Program-made: the position numbers and the translations under genes
DNA from: an uncultured delta proteobacterium
Lineage (GTDB): Bacteria; Myxococcota_A; Polyangia; Fen-1088
Assembly (NCBI GenBank): GCA_963796685.1
Contig: CAWCMR010000014.1
Location: 107,189 to 171,188 of the forward strand
Reading direction: 5' to 3'
Length of the DNA: 64,000 nt
The notes under the pieces: model-generated
Database searches by the model: none
What the model was told of the DNA's origin: nothing
Seen by the model: only the letters and a program-made list of their open reading frames with translations
In this document: positions 61,363 to 64,000 of the stretch, in pieces
Layout of the letters: the number at the start of each line of letters is the position of its first letter
How positions within the stretch are numbered: the first letter of the stretch is position 1

Positions 61363-62724
61363 ATGAAAGAAATGACAAAGAGAGATCAGAGAATGCGAAC
61401 CAAGACCTTGATGATCGGAGCGGTCGCCGTCGTCGCCGCCGGGTTGGGAGGCTGTGGGAGCAGCAGCTCGACGCCGGGCGCGGGTGGGGCGACCACGGCC
61501 GGCGGTGCGACCGACGCAGGCGGGTCCGCCAATGCTGACGGCGCCACCGGCGCGGGCGGATCGGGCGTCACGGGCTTCACACCGCCCGTGGATCCAGGCC
61601 CGGGCGGAATTCTCTTCGCGGCCTCGGGCGAGGTTCTTGCGCTCACGGGCTACGCCTTTCCGCCCGTGAACGATGGCGATCCCGCCTTCGTGGACGGTTG
61701 GCAGGTAAGTTTCACGCGCCTGCTCGTGACCATCGACAAGATCGTCTTGTCGAGCAACCCGGACGTCAGTCCCGGCAACCAGGCGCTCACCGGGCCGGCG
61801 CCCGGCAGCGTGGGCGGCGGGCTGGTCGCCGAGGTTGACGGGCCCTGGGCGGTCGACCTCGCTCACGGCGATCCCAGCTACCTTCCCGGCAAAGGCGGAC
61901 CGGGCGAAGAAGCGGTGCCCATCGTGGCGCTCAGCACCCAGAACAAGAACGGCAACAAGCCGTTCGCCACCGACGGCACCCGCTACGCGTTTGGGTTCGA
62001 TGTGGTGCCCGCGAGTGCGAGCGCGCTCAAGGTGAATCTCGATAGCGCGGCCATGTCCGACTACCAGCAAATGGTTGCCGACGGTTGCGCCGTGCTTTAC
62101 GTCGGAACCGCCACCTTCAAAGGCGGTACGGTTCCGGGACACACGGATTGCAATAGCGGCATTTACGCCACATGGCCGACCACGGTGAACTTTCATCTCT
62201 GCTTCAAGTCGCCGACCACCTACGGGAACTGCCAAAATCCCGACAACGATCCGGCGCAGGCCTTCCCCGGCGAAGAACACGAGCGCGGCATTGCGTTCCT
62301 GGCCAGCCAATCGGTCATCGGGCAAGTCACCATTCACACCGATCACCCGTTCTGGGACAGCGTGCTCCACGACTCGCCCATGCACTTCGATCAGTTCGCC
62401 GCGCGCGTGGCCGGCCAACTGGACGCGGGCGTGCCCACGGTGACGCTAGCAATGACCCAGGGGGTGGACTACACCGCGTACACGGATGTGCTCGGCAATC
62501 ATCTCGACTGGCGCTACTGCATGGATCCGCCGACCGACGTTCACCCGCAGTTCACCGGGGCCATGGCTTTCGATCCGCAAAGCGTGCCCCATGCCACCGG
62601 GAACGACCCCTCCACCGGGCTGCGCGACTACTACGACTACGCGACCTACAACCAGAGCACACAAGGGCACCTGAACTCGGACGGGCTGTGCGCGGTCGAG
62701 CGGCACTACCCATCGCCCCAATGA
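61363..62724 (+). CDS. Lipoprotein, putative metal-binding (DUF4382-like motifs)
   Basis: AGGAG RBS; LGGC lipobox; ASGE...FVDGWQVSF; TIHTDHPFWD; QGHLNSDGLC. Confidence 0.72.
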   Translation: MKEMTKRDQRMRTKTLMIGAVAVVAAGLGGCGSSSSTPGAGGATTAGGATDAGGSANADGATGAGGSGVTGFTPPVDPGPGGILFAASGEVLALTGYAFPPVNDGDPAFVDGWQVSFTRLLVTIDKIVLSSNPDVSPGNQALTGPAPGSVGGGLVAEVDGPWAVDLAHGDPSYLPGKGGPGEEAVPIVALSTQNKNGNKPFATDGTRYAFGFDVVPASASALKVNLDSAAMSDYQQMVADGCAVLYVGTATFKGGTVPGHTDCNSGIYATWPTTVNFHLCFKSPTTYGNCQNPDNDPAQAFPGEEHERGIAFLASQSVIGQVTIHTDHPFWDSVLHDSPMHFDQFAARVAGQLDAGVPTVTLAMTQGVDYTAYTDVLGNHLDWRYCMDPPTDVHPQFTGAMAFDPQSVPHATGNDPSTGLRDYYDYATYNQSTQGHLNSDGLCAVERHYPSPQ

Positions 62725-62732
62725 GGTAATCC

Positions 62733-63443
62733 TTGAGCACCATCGAAACCGTCAAGCAGGTTCTGCTCGCCTCGGGAGCGGGCTGGGTCCTCTGGTTCCT
62801 TGGGGCGCTGTCGGTCGCCAGCCTTGCGCTGGCCGTCGAGCGCTGGCTGTATCTGCGCCGGCGCGGCGGGGACCTCGAGGCGCTGGCGCGCAAGCTGGAC
62901 CCGCACTTGACGCGGGCGAGTTCGACAGCGCGCGCGCGTGCTCGAGGAGAGCCCGCGGTGGCGGCGCGCGTGGCGGACGCGGGGCTGCGCCTCGCGGCGC
63001 GCGGCACCGAGGCCGCCGACAAAGCCATGCAGAGCGCGGCCGCGCTCGAGCGACGGTCGGCTCGAACGGGGGCTTGCCTTTCTCGCCACGGTGGGGAACA
63101 ACGCGCCCTTCCTCGGGCTGTTCGGCACCGTCGTGGGCGTCATCCACGCCTTCGAGGAGCTGGGCACTCCGCGCCCGGCCACGGCGCGACGGCGGCGGGA
63201 CAGGTGGCCTCGCAGGCGGTCATGGCCAGCATCGCCGAGGCGCTGGTCGCGACGGCGGTCGGCATCTTCGTCGCGCTGCCGTCGGTGGCGCTCTACAACT
63301 ACCTGCAGCGGCGCGTGACGTCGCTGCTGGCGGGCGCCGAGGTGCTGACGAACCTGGTGCTGGCGTACATCGCCGAGGTGCGCGTGGGCCGCACCGGGAG
63401 CCGCGGGGCGCGAAGACGAAGGGCGGGCGCGGCGGCGAGGTGA
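62733..63443 (+). CDS. exbB: ExbB/TolQ/MotA proton channel protein with several indels
   Basis: [21 protein letters not shown]; [24 protein letters not shown] in an alternate frame; [17 protein letters not shown]. Confidence 0.85.
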   Translation: MSTIETVKQVLLASGAGWVLWFLGALSVASLALAVERWLYLRRRGGDLEALARKLDPHLTRASSTARARARGEPAVAARVADAGLRLAARGTEAADKAMQSAAALERRSARTGACLSRHGGEQRALPRAVRHRRGRHPRLRGAGHSAPGHGATAAGQVASQAVMASIAEALVATAVGIFVALPSVALYNYLQRRVTSLLAGAEVLTNLVLAYIAEVRVGRTGSRGARRRRAGAAAR

Positions 63444-63444
63444 C

Positions 63445-63870
63445 GTGGCGCAGCCTAGCGGACAGAATCAGAACGGCGTCATCGCCGGCATCAACGTCAC
63501 CCCGCTGGTCGACGTGATGCTGGTGCTGCTGGTGATCTTCATCGTCACCGCCAAGATCATCGTCACGCCGGCCGTGCCGATGGACCTGCCGCACGCCGCG
63601 CACGGCGAGGAGGTGCAGGTGGTGCTGTCGGTGGTGATGCCCGTGCAGGGGGCGATCCTGGTCAACGGGGCCGCCGTCCCCGACGACGCGGCGCTGATCG
63701 AGGACAAGCGCGCCGCCGCGCTGGCCGGCGACCCCGATCTGCGCGCGGTGATCCAGGCCGACGGCGCGGTGCCTCACCGCCGCATCGTCCACGTGCTGGA
63801 CCTGCTCGAGGACGCCGGCGTCACGCGCGTCGCGTTCGGCGCGCTGCCCGACGAGCAGCAGAAGCAGTGA
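63445..63870 (+). CDS. exbD: ExbD/TolR biopolymer transport protein
   Basis: INVTPLVDVMLVLLVIFIVTA; IQADGAVPH. Confidence 0.93.
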   Translation: MAQPSGQNQNGVIAGINVTPLVDVMLVLLVIFIVTAKIIVTPAVPMDLPHAAHGEEVQVVLSVVMPVQGAILVNGAAVPDDAALIEDKRAAALAGDPDLRAVIQADGAVPHRRIVHVLDLLEDAGVTRVAFGALPDEQQKQ

Positions 63871-63880
63871 GGCATCTTTC

Positions 63881-64000
63881 ATGCGCTATCCTTTGCTAAC
63901 TAAGCCCGTGGACCGTTCACCGCGCATCGTCGATTTGGTCTTCCTCGCCGAGCCTGCCGGCCGATGGAGGCGTCTGGCCCTGGGTGGCGTGGTTGTGCTG
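63881..64000 (+). CDS. Partial ORF, possibly TonB N-terminus
   Basis: MRYPLLTKP...RWRRLALGGVVVL open to the window edge; called from its position after exbBD only. Confidence 0.4.
   Translation, partial: MRYPLLTKPVDRSPRIVDLVFLAEPAGRWRRLALGGVVVL

Overview
High-GC window. The Gly/Ser-linker lipoproteins, Cys-rich surface proteins, MYXO-CTERM-like tail and TonB-TBDR fusion suggest a myxobacterium (Polyangia-like; inference). Left to right: a DDE transposon end and a decayed IS1182-like transposase; two divergent GH30 lipoproteins; a TPR plus Cys-rich lipoprotein pair; a minus-strand cluster FKBP - flavin oxidoreductase - His-brace LPMO-like surface protein - SCO/cytochrome c/YHS fusion; relics of an AraC and aldo-keto reductase pair; DsbA, orphan GspC-like PDZ protein and ClC-CBS antiporter; a hybrid PAS kinase split by an intact ISL3 (18-bp IRs, 8-bp TSD); a putative novel glycoside hydrolase; a six-gene Ehr (NiFe-less hydrogenase-4-like) operon led by two HTH-PTS EIIA regulators, each with the same upstream palindrome; an internally deleted sulfatase; CopA, galM, a Phd-VapC TA module with operator, a serpin, murB, aceEF; and a TonB-dependent uptake operon preceded by a His/Cys-rich leader ORF ending in an arrest-like motif. 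The best candidates for undescribed systems are the LPMO-like/SCO-cytochrome c-YHS module, the putative metal-sensing leader peptide with its TBDR operon, and the dual HTH-EIIA control of Ehr. Many single-base frameshifts, including one in murB, suggest indel errors in the assembly. All family assignments come from motif recognition, not database searches.
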